A stretch of DNA of 64,000 nt from Candidatus Cloacimonadales bacterium (GTDB lineage Bacteria; Cloacimonadota; Cloacimonadia; Cloacimonadales; JAFGVF01): contig OY762964.1 in the NCBI GenBank assembly GCA_963667035.1, forward strand, positions 640,001 to 704,000, read 5' to 3'. The notes below the pieces were generated by a model, which was given only the letters and a program-made list of their open reading frames with translations, searched no databases and was not told where the DNA came from. Both the position numbers and the translations under genes were made by a program. Shown one piece after another: positions 51,083 through 61,352 of the stretch; within the stretch, counting starts at the first letter, position 1, and every line of letters begins with the position of its first letter.

Positions 51083-53182
51083 ATGGAGGTGATTATGAAG
51101 ATGTTTGCTAGAATGATATTGGTATCTATGCTGTTATTATTAACACTACCAATGTTTAGTATTGGCATGATGTTCTTTTCAAATGACACGACAAGACTTT
51201 TCGCCCTGGAAGACTATGATGTGGATATTAGAATTGAAAATCAAGCCGCAGTAACGACTGTAACCGAAACCTTTAGAAACTCAACTTTCTTTACTACAAA
51301 TCCAATCTATGCTTTTGGAATGCCCCTTGATGCATCTGCTGTCAGATTGTACTATACCATAGGTGATACAACTTGGTCAGCATCTTTGCAGGGGGGAGAG
51401 CAATCACAAAATCCGGGACAAGGAACCGGATATGGAGAAGACATTAATAACTATCTTGGGGATAATCCACTCGTAATGCCTTTTGAAGATACTGTTCTAG
51501 AGAGTGGTGATACTATCATTATCGAACTGGAATATGTTAATCTTCTGCATTATGAAAATGGGAATGTTAGCTATATTTATCCTTCCTCACCTTTCCAGTT
51601 TCATAATAATCCAATACCTCACGGAAACATAACAATAGATATCTACTCGGACAGGTCTATTATTGATGTCAATATTCTGGATGGTATATGTACTCCCGAG
51701 ACAACGGAACAAACAAACTATGCTCAGATAATCTGGGATGAGATTGATATTTCTTCTCAGAATGAAACATCAATAACATACTCATTGAATACAGAAGAAC
51801 TGGGAATGTTTGGTATGAGTACACTTATGCCGCAAGATAGTGTACCTGATGATGACGATAACGGATTCTTTTTATTCATTGCAGAACCGGACCCCGAAGA
51901 TCAAGGGCTAGTGATTCCTAAAATGTTTACACTGATTATTGACAATAGCGGTTCAATGTCTGGTAGCAAGATTAACCAGGCAAAAGAGGCCGCAAGATAT
52001 ATCGTTAATAGTTTGAATGAAGATGATAAATTCAATCTTGTAAAGTTCAATAGTTCAGCTCAGAGTTGGCAACAAACAATGCAAGATGCAACTCAGAGTA
52101 ATATCAATAGTGCCATATCATACATCAATGCTATTTATGCCGGAGGAGGAACAAATATAAGCGGAGCGTTCAGTACAGCTATTCCTATTTTTAACGATCC
52201 CGATAATGAATTTGCAAAGATTGTGATATTTCTTACTGACGGTGAAGCAACAGTTGGTATAACTCCAACAGAAAGCCTTGTAAATCATGTTAACAATGAG
52301 ATTGAACAAGTATCTAATCAGATCTGCCTCTATACTTTTGGGATAGGAGAAAGCGTGAATACTTCGCTTCTTACTCAAATAGCAAGAGATAATAACGGAT
52401 TCCCTGCATTCTTGGGAGATGATGTATTGGAAGAAGTTATTACAGAATTTTATAACAAAGTCCGAAACCCGATATTAATAAACCCTACTGTCACTGTTGA
52501 ACCTAATGTTCTTTCGAATATCTTCCCAAGTCCGCTTAACTCAATCTACTCAGGAAGTCAGTTGATGATTTCAGGTAGATACTCAAATCCGGGACTCATT
52601 ACTGTTAATCTGAGTGGAACAGCATTTGGTCAGGAAGTTACTTATAACTATGACTACACTCTAAGCAATCAAGTTAATTCCGATTATGCGTTTCTGTCTA
52701 AAGTCTGGGCAAAACAGATGATTGAAAACATGATTTACGAGTATTATCTTCTTAATCCTAATTCAACCGAAGCTGAAGAAATGATGGATGAGATTATTGA
52801 TATTAGCATTGCTTGGGGAGTGATGTGTGAATTTACTCATTTCATTGATGACGGAGATGTTGGTATTGATGAAGAGTTTGCAATTCAAACTCCATGTCTT
52901 AATGCAAGACTATTGGGTAATTTCCCTAATCCGTTTAATCCATCAACAACAATCATGTTCGAGATTCTGTCGAATCTTGGTGATTCTGCTGTTATTAAGA
53001 TTTACAATATAAGAGGTGAACTCGTTAAGATACTTGTTGTTAATGTACAAGGTAAAGGGATTTATGAAGTAAATTGGAACGGAACCGATAGAAATCTGAA
53101 GTCATGTGCCAGTGGTACATATTTCTATACCATATCGGTAGGTGATAATGTACTTAGTAGTAAAATGGTGTTGTTAAAGTAG
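51083..53182 (+). CDS. VIT + vWA domain secreted protein with FlgD-Ig/T9SS-type C-terminus
   Basis: VIT-like N-terminus, MIDAS DNSGSM, GGTNI, FLTDG, NFPNPFNPST. Start may be 51095. Confidence 0.87.
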   Translation: MEVIMKMFARMILVSMLLLLTLPMFSIGMMFFSNDTTRLFALEDYDVDIRIENQAAVTTVTETFRNSTFFTTNPIYAFGMPLDASAVRLYYTIGDTTWSASLQGGEQSQNPGQGTGYGEDINNYLGDNPLVMPFEDTVLESGDTIIIELEYVNLLHYENGNVSYIYPSSPFQFHNNPIPHGNITIDIYSDRSIIDVNILDGICTPETTEQTNYAQIIWDEIDISSQNETSITYSLNTEELGMFGMSTLMPQDSVPDDDDNGFFLFIAEPDPEDQGLVIPKMFTLIIDNSGSMSGSKINQAKEAARYIVNSLNEDDKFNLVKFNSSAQSWQQTMQDATQSNINSAISYINAIYAGGGTNISGAFSTAIPIFNDPDNEFAKIVIFLTDGEATVGITPTESLVNHVNNEIEQVSNQICLYTFGIGESVNTSLLTQIARDNNGFPAFLGDDVLEEVITEFYNKVRNPILINPTVTVEPNVLSNIFPSPLNSIYSGSQLMISGRYSNPGLITVNLSGTAFGQEVTYNYDYTLSNQVNSDYAFLSKVWAKQMIENMIYEYYLLNPNSTEAEEMMDEIIDISIAWGVMCEFTHFIDDGDVGIDEEFAIQTPCLNARLLGNFPNPFNPSTTIMFEILSNLGDSAVIKIYNIRGELVKILVVNVQGKGIYEVNWNGTDRNLKSCASGTYFYTISVGDNVLSSKMVLLK

Positions 53183-53250
53183 AGATTTCAAAATTATAGA
53201 GGAGCATGCTTCCATGTATGCTCATAAAATTATGGTAGGGGAGAAGAAAG

Positions 53251-53274
53251 AAAGCCCGATTTAACTCGGGCTTT
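53251..53274. terminator. Bidirectional terminator hairpin
   Basis: AAAGCCCGA-tttaac-TCGGGCTTT between convergent genes. Confidence 0.7.
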
Positions 53275-53284
53275 ATATTTGATA

Positions 53285-55036
53285 CTATTTACCGGTTAAC
53301 TTAACCGGTCTGGGTATATACTTTGTATGTAAGAGATGATGAGATTTCTCGGATAACGGTTCTCCTAAAAATTCTTTATAGAGTTTTTGAATGGAAGGAT
53401 TGTTGTGAGATTCTCTAACCGCACATTCACTATCTTCCTTATAAAGACCTTTCGCTCTTTTAATTCTAACCTCATTCGAAGAACCGTATGGTTGTCCACC
53501 ACCACCGACACAGCCGTTTTGACATGCCATTACTTCTATGAAGTGATATGGTGTCGGTTTACCTTCTTTACGTGCTTGCCTTACTTCCTCGAGAAGTTTT
53601 GTAACATTTCCTAAGCCTGAAGCTACAGCTACATTAACTGTATTTCCCGCAATCTCAAGTGAGCCGTGTCTGATACCTCTGAATCCTCTAACTAATTCAA
53701 TCTCCGGTTGAGGTAACTCTTCATCCGTAATAAGTTTATATGCTGTTCTGAGAGCGGCTTCCATAACTCCTCCGGTTGAACCGAATATCGTTCCTGCACC
53801 GGAATACTCTCCCATAGGATTATCAGCTTTTCCTTCAGGAAGATTAGGAAAGTCTATACCACGCATTCTGATTAATCTGGCTAACTCTCTTGTTGTAATT
53901 GTTAAATCCACATCCTTATGCCCTGAAGCATACATGTCTTCCATTCTGTCTATCTCATATTTCTTGGCTGTACATGGCATGACTGATACTAAGAAGATAT
54001 CCTTCGGGTCGACATTCATCTTTTCAGCCCAGTAAGTCTTAACCATTGTACCTACCATTTGATGAGGTGATTTAGCGGTTGAGAAGTTATCTATCATATC
54101 AATATAGAATTTCTCTAAGAAATCAACCCAAGCCGGACAGCAAGAAGTGATAAGAGGAAACTCGTTAGGACTCTCTTTAAATATCTTAACAAATTCAGAT
54201 GCCTCTTCCATTATTGTTAAGTCTGCTCCAAAGTTAGTATCAAATACATAGTTAACTCCTAAACGACGAAGAGCAGTGTACATCTTGCCAACTACATTGG
54301 TTCCGGGTTCATATCCGAACTCTTCACCTAAAGCAACTCGTACTGCAGGAGCTTCTTGAGCGACAACTATCTTTTCCGGATTATCCAAGGCAAGCATTAG
54401 CTTATCCATGTCTTCAGTCTCATAGATAGCAGCAACCGGACAATAGGCGGAACACTGTCCGCATTTTACACATTCCGACTCGTCAAGTGAACGACCGTTG
54501 GTTGGTCCCACAAAAGTCTCAAATCCTCGATTGGACTCAGCAAGTGCATGAACAGCTTGTATCTCATTGCAAACATGTACGCATCTTCCACATTGAATAC
54601 AGTAACCGGGATCCAATGTTATTGCTGACGAGGAAGTGTCCCTTGTTGTCACGGGACGAGGTTTGTGGTCTGTCTGTGATACATGGATATGTAGTTTTTG
54701 AGCTAAATCCTGCAGCTCACAACTTCCATTCTTATGACATTCCACACAGTTGTTGGGATGTGAATAGAGAATCAGCTCTACAGCAGCTTTCCTAATAACA
54801 TCGAAATCACGGCCTTCGGTCTTTACCTCCATGCCATCATATACTGGGGTTGTGCATGCTCTAACGATTCTACCGTCTGCTTCTACAACGCATACACCAC
54901 AATTACCTGAAGGCGGTAAATCAGGATGATAACATAGGGAAGGAATCCAATAACCGGCTTTCTTGGCAGCATGAAGAATTTTCGTTCCATTCTCCACTTC
55001 AACTTCTATGCCGTTTATCTTAACTTTAACCATCAT
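53285..55036 (-). CDS. hydA: Group A [FeFe] hydrogenase catalytic subunit
   Basis: 2Fe-2S, His-ligated 4Fe-4S and 2x4Fe-4S motifs; H-cluster motifs TSCCPAW, MPCTAKKYE and EVMACQNGCVGGGGQP. Confidence 0.92.
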   Translation of the reverse strand: MMVKVKINGIEVEVENGTKILHAAKKAGYWIPSLCYHPDLPPSGNCGVCVVEADGRIVRACTTPVYDGMEVKTEGRDFDVIRKAAVELILYSHPNNCVECHKNGSCELQDLAQKLHIHVSQTDHKPRPVTTRDTSSSAITLDPGYCIQCGRCVHVCNEIQAVHALAESNRGFETFVGPTNGRSLDESECVKCGQCSAYCPVAAIYETEDMDKLMLALDNPEKIVVAQEAPAVRVALGEEFGYEPGTNVVGKMYTALRRLGVNYVFDTNFGADLTIMEEASEFVKIFKESPNEFPLITSCCPAWVDFLEKFYIDMIDNFSTAKSPHQMVGTMVKTYWAEKMNVDPKDIFLVSVMPCTAKKYEIDRMEDMYASGHKDVDLTITTRELARLIRMRGIDFPNLPEGKADNPMGEYSGAGTIFGSTGGVMEAALRTAYKLITDEELPQPEIELVRGFRGIRHGSLEIAGNTVNVAVASGLGNVTKLLEEVRQARKEGKPTPYHFIEVMACQNGCVGGGGQPYGSSNEVRIKRAKGLYKEDSECAVRESHNNPSIQKLYKEFLGEPLSEKSHHLLHTKYIPRPVKLTGK

Positions 55037-55709
55037 AAATAATCACTCCTTAGTATAAATGAGATTTCCTAATCGAATCTGTCGTTGATATAACTAACTG
55101 TAAAGTAATTAATTATTTTAGGTTAGCAACTTCTAACTGGTCTAAATATTAGTATTCTTTATTTTTCATGTCTCTATAAATTAAGTATCCGGTAATTGTA
55201 ACTCCAAATAAAGAAAGGGAGATAGAGAGCATTGAGTATGATAGTAATGGTGTGATAATTGAGAGAGCAATGATGAGAACAATGAGTAATTTTCTTTGTA
55301 CATGACGTGAACTTAAGGCGTCAAAGATAACTAAAGCAACTACTTGATAACAGGGAGATATTAGATAGACAGATTATGCTTTCGGAACAAGCAGGGAGCA
55401 AATTGAGTATATTTATAGCAATAAAGGATATGTAATAAAATATTTTCATATGTCTTTTCAAAACGGATTTGGCGAAATTGTAAATAAAACTGTTCAATGT
55501 CAAACAATTTATTGATAGCAACAGTTAATTAATAATAGTTACCGTGTAGGTAGAGTTATTTATTATAACTCAGTAATAAGGGTTGACTTATATAATCCTG
55601 CCGATAATAGTATGTAGAAAAGTCGAAGGAATTTTATAAAATTCTATTGACAGACAAGTAGTAGTTAATTTTTTGTTTTTCCACATATCACATAGAGTGT
55701 TGTTCACAT

Positions 55710-55795
55710 GGAGGATTAGTCCTAATTGGTAAGGCAGCGGTCTTGAAAACCGCCGGGCTATGCCCTTGGGGGTTCGAGTCCCTCATCCTCCGCCA
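55710..55795 (+). tRNA. tRNA-Ser(TGA)
   Basis: Cloverleaf; anticodon arm GCGGT-CTTGAAA-ACCGC, long variable arm, GTTCGAG, encoded CCA. Confidence 0.95.
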
Positions 55796-55806
55796 TGACT
55801 CCTTGT

Positions 55807-55897
<91 letters not shown>

Positions 55898-55917
55898 GAT
55901 GTGAAAGTAGAATTTGT

Positions 55918-55992
55918 TGGGCCGTCGTCAAGCGGTAAGACACATGGTTTTGGTCCATGCATTCAGGGGTTCGAATCCTCTCGGCCCAACCA
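55918..55992 (+). tRNA. tRNA-Gln(TTG)
   Basis: TGGGCCG/CGGCCCA acceptor stem; CATGG-TTTTGGT-CCATG; CCA. Confidence 0.93.
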
Positions 55993-56005
55993 ACAAGATA
56001 TACAG

Positions 56006-56079
56006 TGGGCTGTAGTATAATGGCAGTACAGCGGGTTCTGGCTCCGTATGTGGGGGTTCGACTCCTCCCAGCCCAACCA
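56006..56079 (+). tRNA. tRNA-Gln(CTG)
   Basis: TGGGCTG/CAGCCCA acceptor stem; anticodon loop TTCTGGC; GGTTCGACTCC; CCA. Confidence 0.93.
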
Positions 56080-56111
56080 GATAATTAAACCCTTCGATAA
56101 TCGAAGGGTTT

Positions 56112-57773
56112 CAGACCGTTTACAAACCCAGTTATGAAAATGACTGGGTTTTTACATTGTAAGTTTATTTCTGATTAGTTGAGTACAATATCAGGATAAT
56201 GAGATTTAGCTCTATATTCGTCTAAACCAGAGCATATATTAACATAAAAAGCTAATAACATTGATGCCACTTTCCCTGATATGCCATTGAAAAGGTATTT
56301 AACCAGTTTCTTTATGTTTTGAACTACTGATGTCATATATGCTTGTTCTCGAACTCGTTCTATACCTCGATATTTCGCATACCGATAACCATGAAGTTGC
56401 TTTGCATTTGCAAAGCTTCTCTCAATGGTTTCTTTTCGTTTTTTGTATATCTCTTTGCCACAAAAGGTTAACCTGTTTTTATGGATAATCTCTCTACTGT
56501 CTTCCCATACATGACGCATGATAACTTTTTGATGGTTCTTGCTCTCGGTGCATTTGTTAAGCATTGGACAGTTTTTACAATAGCTACTCTCGGATGCATA
56601 TTCATCATAACCGTTACGGTTTGTTGTTCGATATTTAAGCTCTTTCCCTTCTGGACAGATGTATATGTCTCTATCTGAAATGAACTTAAAATCACGCTTC
56701 TTGAAAAGACCTTTTTTACCTCCAAGTCGACGATAACCTATTACTCCCATGATTCCCATATCTACTAATTCTTTGCATATATTAGCTGTATCATACCCGG
56801 CATCAAGACCTACTGCCAGGACATCAAAACCAAAACGCTCTTGCTGCACTTTTAGCCTATCAATATAGCAAGAACTGTCATTCACATTGCCGGCGGTAAT
56901 ATGAACATCTGTTATGAAGTTTACTTTAGGATCTACGGTTCTATGATCAAGATAGAAGAAACCTTGTGGTTTCTTGTCTCGCGTCATGAAACCACTGTCA
57001 GGATCTGTTTTACTAGACTTAATCTCTTTAACTTTGGGTGACGAACCGCCTTTAAAGTCATTGTCTTTAGGTGGGAGTGGCTTCTTACCGTGAGCTTTTC
57101 GGTTTTCATCCACTGTTTTATTTAGATCTTCAAGATAACTCTGAGGTGTGGTCTCTACTTTAATTGATTCATATTTGCCTTTATTAGCATTAGCTTTCAG
57201 ATGAGTTGAATCGCTATAAAGAACCTTGCCATCTACCAAACCATTCTCGATACCAAGTTTTACAATATCAATGAAAATCTCTTCAAAAACAGTGCTATCA
57301 GTAAAGCGTCTGCGACGATTCTGGCTGAAGAGAGAATGACTCGGTATTTTATCAGTAAGCCCATACCCTAAGAACCAGCGATATGCTACATTGACCTGAA
57401 TCTCTCTGATTAGTTGTCGCTCAGAACGGATACCAAATAGATAACCAATAAAAAGCATTTTGAAGAAAGTTATGGGATGCACTGGGGGACGACCGTTGTC
57501 GGGGCAATACAAATGAGCAGTTCGGTCCATAATAAAACTAAAATCTATTACCCTGTCAATCTTGCGTAGAATATGATCTTCCGGGACAAGATCATCTATT
57601 ATTACAAATTCCATTTGGGACTGTGTGTCAGAAACTTTTTTAAGCATAACCACCTCTAATTATGATGGTTTAAGTATAAACTAAGGGGGTTTTTGTCAAT
57701 GATTGATGTTCTTATTTTAAGCTAAAAAAAGACAAAGCTATGAAATCTTACTCATAGCTTTGTCAACAGTCTG
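56112..57773 (-). mobile_element. IS1182-family insertion sequence, copy 2 (diverged isoform)
   Basis: IRs CAGACCGTTTACAAA / TTTGTCAACAGTCTG; 25-bp direct repeat AAACCCTTCGATAATCGAAGGGTTT at 56087-56111 and 57774-57798. Confidence 0.92.
56175..57647 (-). CDS. IS1182-family DDE transposase
   Basis: Full-length homolog of 1492-2964; alternative start at 57653. Confidence 0.93.
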   Translation of the reverse strand: MLKKVSDTQSQMEFVIIDDLVPEDHILRKIDRVIDFSFIMDRTAHLYCPDNGRPPVHPITFFKMLFIGYLFGIRSERQLIREIQVNVAYRWFLGYGLTDKIPSHSLFSQNRRRRFTDSTVFEEIFIDIVKLGIENGLVDGKVLYSDSTHLKANANKGKYESIKVETTPQSYLEDLNKTVDENRKAHGKKPLPPKDNDFKGGSSPKVKEIKSSKTDPDSGFMTRDKKPQGFFYLDHRTVDPKVNFITDVHITAGNVNDSSCYIDRLKVQQERFGFDVLAVGLDAGYDTANICKELVDMGIMGVIGYRRLGGKKGLFKKRDFKFISDRDIYICPEGKELKYRTTNRNGYDEYASESSYCKNCPMLNKCTESKNHQKVIMRHVWEDSREIIHKNRLTFCGKEIYKKRKETIERSFANAKQLHGYRYAKYRGIERVREQAYMTSVVQNIKKLVKYLFNGISGKVASMLLAFYVNICSGLDEYRAKSHYPDIVLN

Positions 57774-57802
57774 AAACCCTTCGATAATCGAAGGGTTTTT
57801 TT
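57774..57802 (+). terminator. tRNA-operon terminator, duplicated by the IS insertion
   Basis: AAACCCTTCGA-taa-TCGAAGGGTTT followed by a T-run. Confidence 0.8.
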
Positions 57803-57873
57803 ATTTCTTGCTTTTATTTGTTACTATATGCTTTTGAAGTATTACATATAAACAAAGACATTTAAGCTAGGAG

Positions 57874-58851
57874 GTGATTTTGTCTTTCCAAGCATTCAGG
57901 GATTTATTGGATAGTAAACGTAAACCAATCTTGCAAGATTATGGATTTCAACCACCCTTGATTCTCTATTATCATACAGTATCGGATGAATCATTACCTC
58001 ATATTGAACATTTGTATAAGTACAAAGGGATAGAATCATTTAAAAGAGATTTAGACTATCTTGCATCACATTATACTATGATTTCACCTTCTCAATTATT
58101 GAATAAAGAATCGATTCCTGATGATAGTTGTCTGTTAACTTTTGATGACGGGTTCTCAGAGTGTAAGACAATTATTGCTCCTCTTTTACTGGAAAAAGGA
58201 ATAGAAGCAGCTTTCTTTATTACATCAGATTTCCTAGATAATAAGGACATGTATTTCAGAAATCAGTTGAGTGTCTTGATTAATGCGTTGGATAAAAATG
58301 AGTATTCGCAAACGCAACTAGAGTGTTGTAATTCACTGTTCCCTGATAGTATGGTGGATGGAAAAGAACTTAAAGAAGCTATTCTTACTCTTAGTTATGA
58401 GAATAAAGATATTTTGGATAGAGCGTTCACAATTCTGGATTTGGACATGAAAGAATATTTGGGAAAGTCAAAGCCATATATGAGTAGTGAGGATGTCCAA
58501 TGGTTGGTTGATAAAGGTTTCTATATCGGTTCACACTCAATTAATCATGCTCCTCTAAATAAGCTTCCTTTTGATGAACAGATTAATCAGATGCTTGAAT
58601 CAACTAACACGATTTGTAGTAAGTATAACTTACCATATCGAATTTCGTCTCTTCCACATAATGACAGAGGACTGGAAGGAGCTTTCTTTCATCAGATGAG
58701 ATTGAATCTTGATTTGTTATTCGGAGGGCACGGGTTAACTCATAAACCTAATTTTAACTACTATAAAAGGGTGAATCCTGAACACAACAGAAACATCAGG
58801 TTCTTTCTTGAAAAACAGTTCGGTATTAAATTGGTTAGGAAATATTTATAG
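57874..58851 (+). CDS. Polysaccharide deacetylase family protein
   Basis: ILYYH, LTFDDG and IGSHSINH motifs. Confidence 0.85.
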   Translation: MILSFQAFRDLLDSKRKPILQDYGFQPPLILYYHTVSDESLPHIEHLYKYKGIESFKRDLDYLASHYTMISPSQLLNKESIPDDSCLLTFDDGFSECKTIIAPLLLEKGIEAAFFITSDFLDNKDMYFRNQLSVLINALDKNEYSQTQLECCNSLFPDSMVDGKELKEAILTLSYENKDILDRAFTILDLDMKEYLGKSKPYMSSEDVQWLVDKGFYIGSHSINHAPLNKLPFDEQINQMLESTNTICSKYNLPYRISSLPHNDRGLEGAFFHQMRLNLDLLFGGHGLTHKPNFNYYKRVNPEHNRNIRFFLEKQFGIKLVRKYL

Positions 58852-58863
58852 TAGTAGTATATA

Positions 58864-59643
58864 TCAAAGAGCTTTATGAGTATATCCACGTAAACTGTTT
58901 AGATGGAACTTCTTATGAAAATGAAACGAGAGATAGTGAATGAAGATATTGTTTATCTTCTCAACTGACGTTTGACTTATAGTAACATCATTTATATAGT
59001 TACCTATAGAAGATAATCTCTTTAATATCAGGCTTTCGTTATTACTCAAAATGCTTTCCGAACTTATGCCTATAATCTCACTAACCAAATTATCTTGTTT
59101 TCTGCATTTCTTGCAAAGAAAACCTCCCATACTGTAAGAATAAGAGAGACTCTCCTCCAAAATATCATTACATTGAGGGCATATATTGTAATTTAGAGGT
59201 ATACCGTTAAGTTTAAAATAGCCATTAAGAAATCTCCAGAATATGAGTATATGGTTGGATTGGACAATGGGGAGATATTTTAAGTATTTTTCAAGTAAAT
59301 TATAGAAATCATTAGCTTCACTTTCATGTATTATGCTTTGTTGATAAAGTTCTGCACTAGCCGATAGTAATTGAATTATACCGTATTTTTTATTTAATAA
59401 ATGAAACTCAATAGGTTTAGCTTCGACAACTGTCCATAGTTCACTGTTAGGTGATCCTGTAAACTCACCGTCAAACTCATTTAGTAAGCCAAATACAGAG
59501 GAGAAGCGATTCTTAGGTTTCTTAGCTCCTTTGGCAATAGCTGAGAAGATACCGTATTCATTGCTTAGAAGTAACAATACATAACTTGATTCACTATAAT
59601 CTGTGATTCTAAGTACAATGCATCTGGTTGACATTTGTGACAT
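58864..59643 (-). CDS. recO: DNA repair protein RecO
   Basis: IVLR..DYSES..G.FSAIAKGAKKPKNRF; CPQC..GGFLCKKC; LNSL. Confidence 0.88.
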   Translation of the reverse strand: MSQMSTRCIVLRITDYSESSYVLLLLSNEYGIFSAIAKGAKKPKNRFSSVFGLLNEFDGEFTGSPNSELWTVVEAKPIEFHLLNKKYGIIQLLSASAELYQQSIIHESEANDFYNLLEKYLKYLPIVQSNHILIFWRFLNGYFKLNGIPLNYNICPQCNDILEESLSYSYSMGGFLCKKCRKQDNLVSEIIGISSESILSNNESLILKRLSSIGNYINDVTISQTSVEKINNIFIHYLSFHFHKKFHLNSLRGYTHKAL

Positions 59644-59648
59644 AGTTG

Positions 59649-61139
59649 TTATTCTGTTGGTATCAGGTATCCAAGCCTTTCCAATTCAGTTCTTGCTTCT
59701 CTGAAATCAAGAGGATTTACATAAACGGTCTTCTGATTTTTATATATTACGTAACCGGGAACAGCTCCCCTCGGTTTTGTTACATATCTAATCTGAGTGT
59801 AGTCAACCGGTACGTTAACTGAAGTCTTTGCTTTACTATAATAAGCCGCTAAGCGGCAACATATCTCCATGAGTTCATCTGGAGGATTGAGTTTGGAATA
59901 ATTCCTTAATACAACATGTGTACCTTGATAGATTCTCGTATGAAACCACCAATCATTATGCTTAGCAACTCTGGTAGTAAGTAAATCATTCTCTCTTGCT
60001 TTTCTGCCAATCATAATCTCCCAGTCGGCATTGATTCTGAGTCTCCTGAATGGCAAGGATTGTTGCTTTTTATGTGATGCATGTTTAGCACTGGTAATAT
60101 CTATCATTTCAGTGTAAGTATCAATTCTTGAGATTCTATCCATTTCATGTTGTAACTCTTTAAGCTCTAACTTGGTTGTTGAGATGTTTTCCTTGATTCT
60201 TTCAATTCCGGAACGTGCTTTTCTGAACTTTTTCAAGTAATACTGAAGATTCTCTTGTGGCTTTTTATCAGGAAAGAGTTTTATAGAAATCTCTTCTTGA
60301 TCAGGAGAATAATAGTTAGTTGTTTTAAACTCTGTATCACCGGGTTTGATAGAATGAAGATTATACTTAATCAATTCGGCTTTCCGGTGCCATTCCTCTT
60401 GTCTATTGGCAGAGTTCATTTCCTCTTGTTGCTTATGAAGCTTGTTCTCCACTTTCTTTATTGCTTTAGCTAATGAGTTTATCTTTTGCTTTTTAAGATG
60501 ACCTAATCTTTTGGAAAGTTCCACTTCATAAAACAGATTCTCAAACCATTCATTAATGGAACTTCCACTCCATTTATACTCATCCGTAAGGATGCTGTAA
60601 TCCGAACAATCATCATCTTTATTGACTTTGAAATCTGTTTCAGGTAGCATATATTCAATGTTAAGAAGTATTTGTCTCTGACTGTTCTCGGCAAGACTGA
60701 ATTTTCTCAGTGCTTCGGCTATAATGAGTTTGTTCTCTTCTTTACGGCATAACACAATATTCTGGAAACGAGGGATGAGTTCAACGACAAGAACATAGTG
60801 AGTGGTTTGGTTATAGATATCTCGTTTCAAGAAGTGAAACATCATAATTCGGTCATCATCTGCTAAAGAGATTTCTGACAATCTAGCTGAAGACAGCATT
60901 TGAGATATGTTGTTAATCTTAAAATCAGACTTAAAGGGTAACTCATCCCTTTTTGTAATAAAAGGGAAGCAATCTCTTTGATTAAGATTTATCTGTATTT
61001 TTGACTGCTGTTTTTTAAAGCTGATTAAGTATTGATCTTCGAATCCGGAAATGCTTTCCAAGCCGGTTTCGGGAATCGTAATGCTATCAATCCATTTTTT
61101 TAAATATATCCATTTCATAAATTCATACTTATTCAGCAT
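59649..61139 (-). CDS. rqcH: NFACT/RqcH (FbpA-family) protein
   Basis: DDRI, VELIPRFQNIVL, GRKAREND, WFH..GTHV, AAYYSK, VDYT..KP.G..PG.V.Y. Confidence 0.85.
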   Translation of the reverse strand: MLNKYEFMKWIYLKKWIDSITIPETGLESISGFEDQYLISFKKQQSKIQINLNQRDCFPFITKRDELPFKSDFKINNISQMLSSARLSEISLADDDRIMMFHFLKRDIYNQTTHYVLVVELIPRFQNIVLCRKEENKLIIAEALRKFSLAENSQRQILLNIEYMLPETDFKVNKDDDCSDYSILTDEYKWSGSSINEWFENLFYEVELSKRLGHLKKQKINSLAKAIKKVENKLHKQQEEMNSANRQEEWHRKAELIKYNLHSIKPGDTEFKTTNYYSPDQEEISIKLFPDKKPQENLQYYLKKFRKARSGIERIKENISTTKLELKELQHEMDRISRIDTYTEMIDITSAKHASHKKQQSLPFRRLRINADWEIMIGRKARENDLLTTRVAKHNDWWFHTRIYQGTHVVLRNYSKLNPPDELMEICCRLAAYYSKAKTSVNVPVDYTQIRYVTKPRGAVPGYVIYKNQKTVYVNPLDFREARTELERLGYLIPTE

Positions 61140-61352
61140 TGATAACTGTCAAATGAAACTATCGAGCAATTATGTATTAACTCAGATAGCAGATAAAAAT
61201 GCTTAGCAGAATAAAGATTACAAGTAAGTTTAATAGTGGATTAAATAGCTTTCAAGTACTGAAATTTTGCTTGACATCTGAATTTGAGGTATATTATGAG
61301 TATTGGCGATATTATTAGGACATAAAAAATATAACTAATCAAGGAGAACACA

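Noticed and set aside
55205..55290. Purine-rich GAGAG/ATGA low-complexity tract upstream of hydA
   Set aside because: No consistent repeat unit or structure that I can support.
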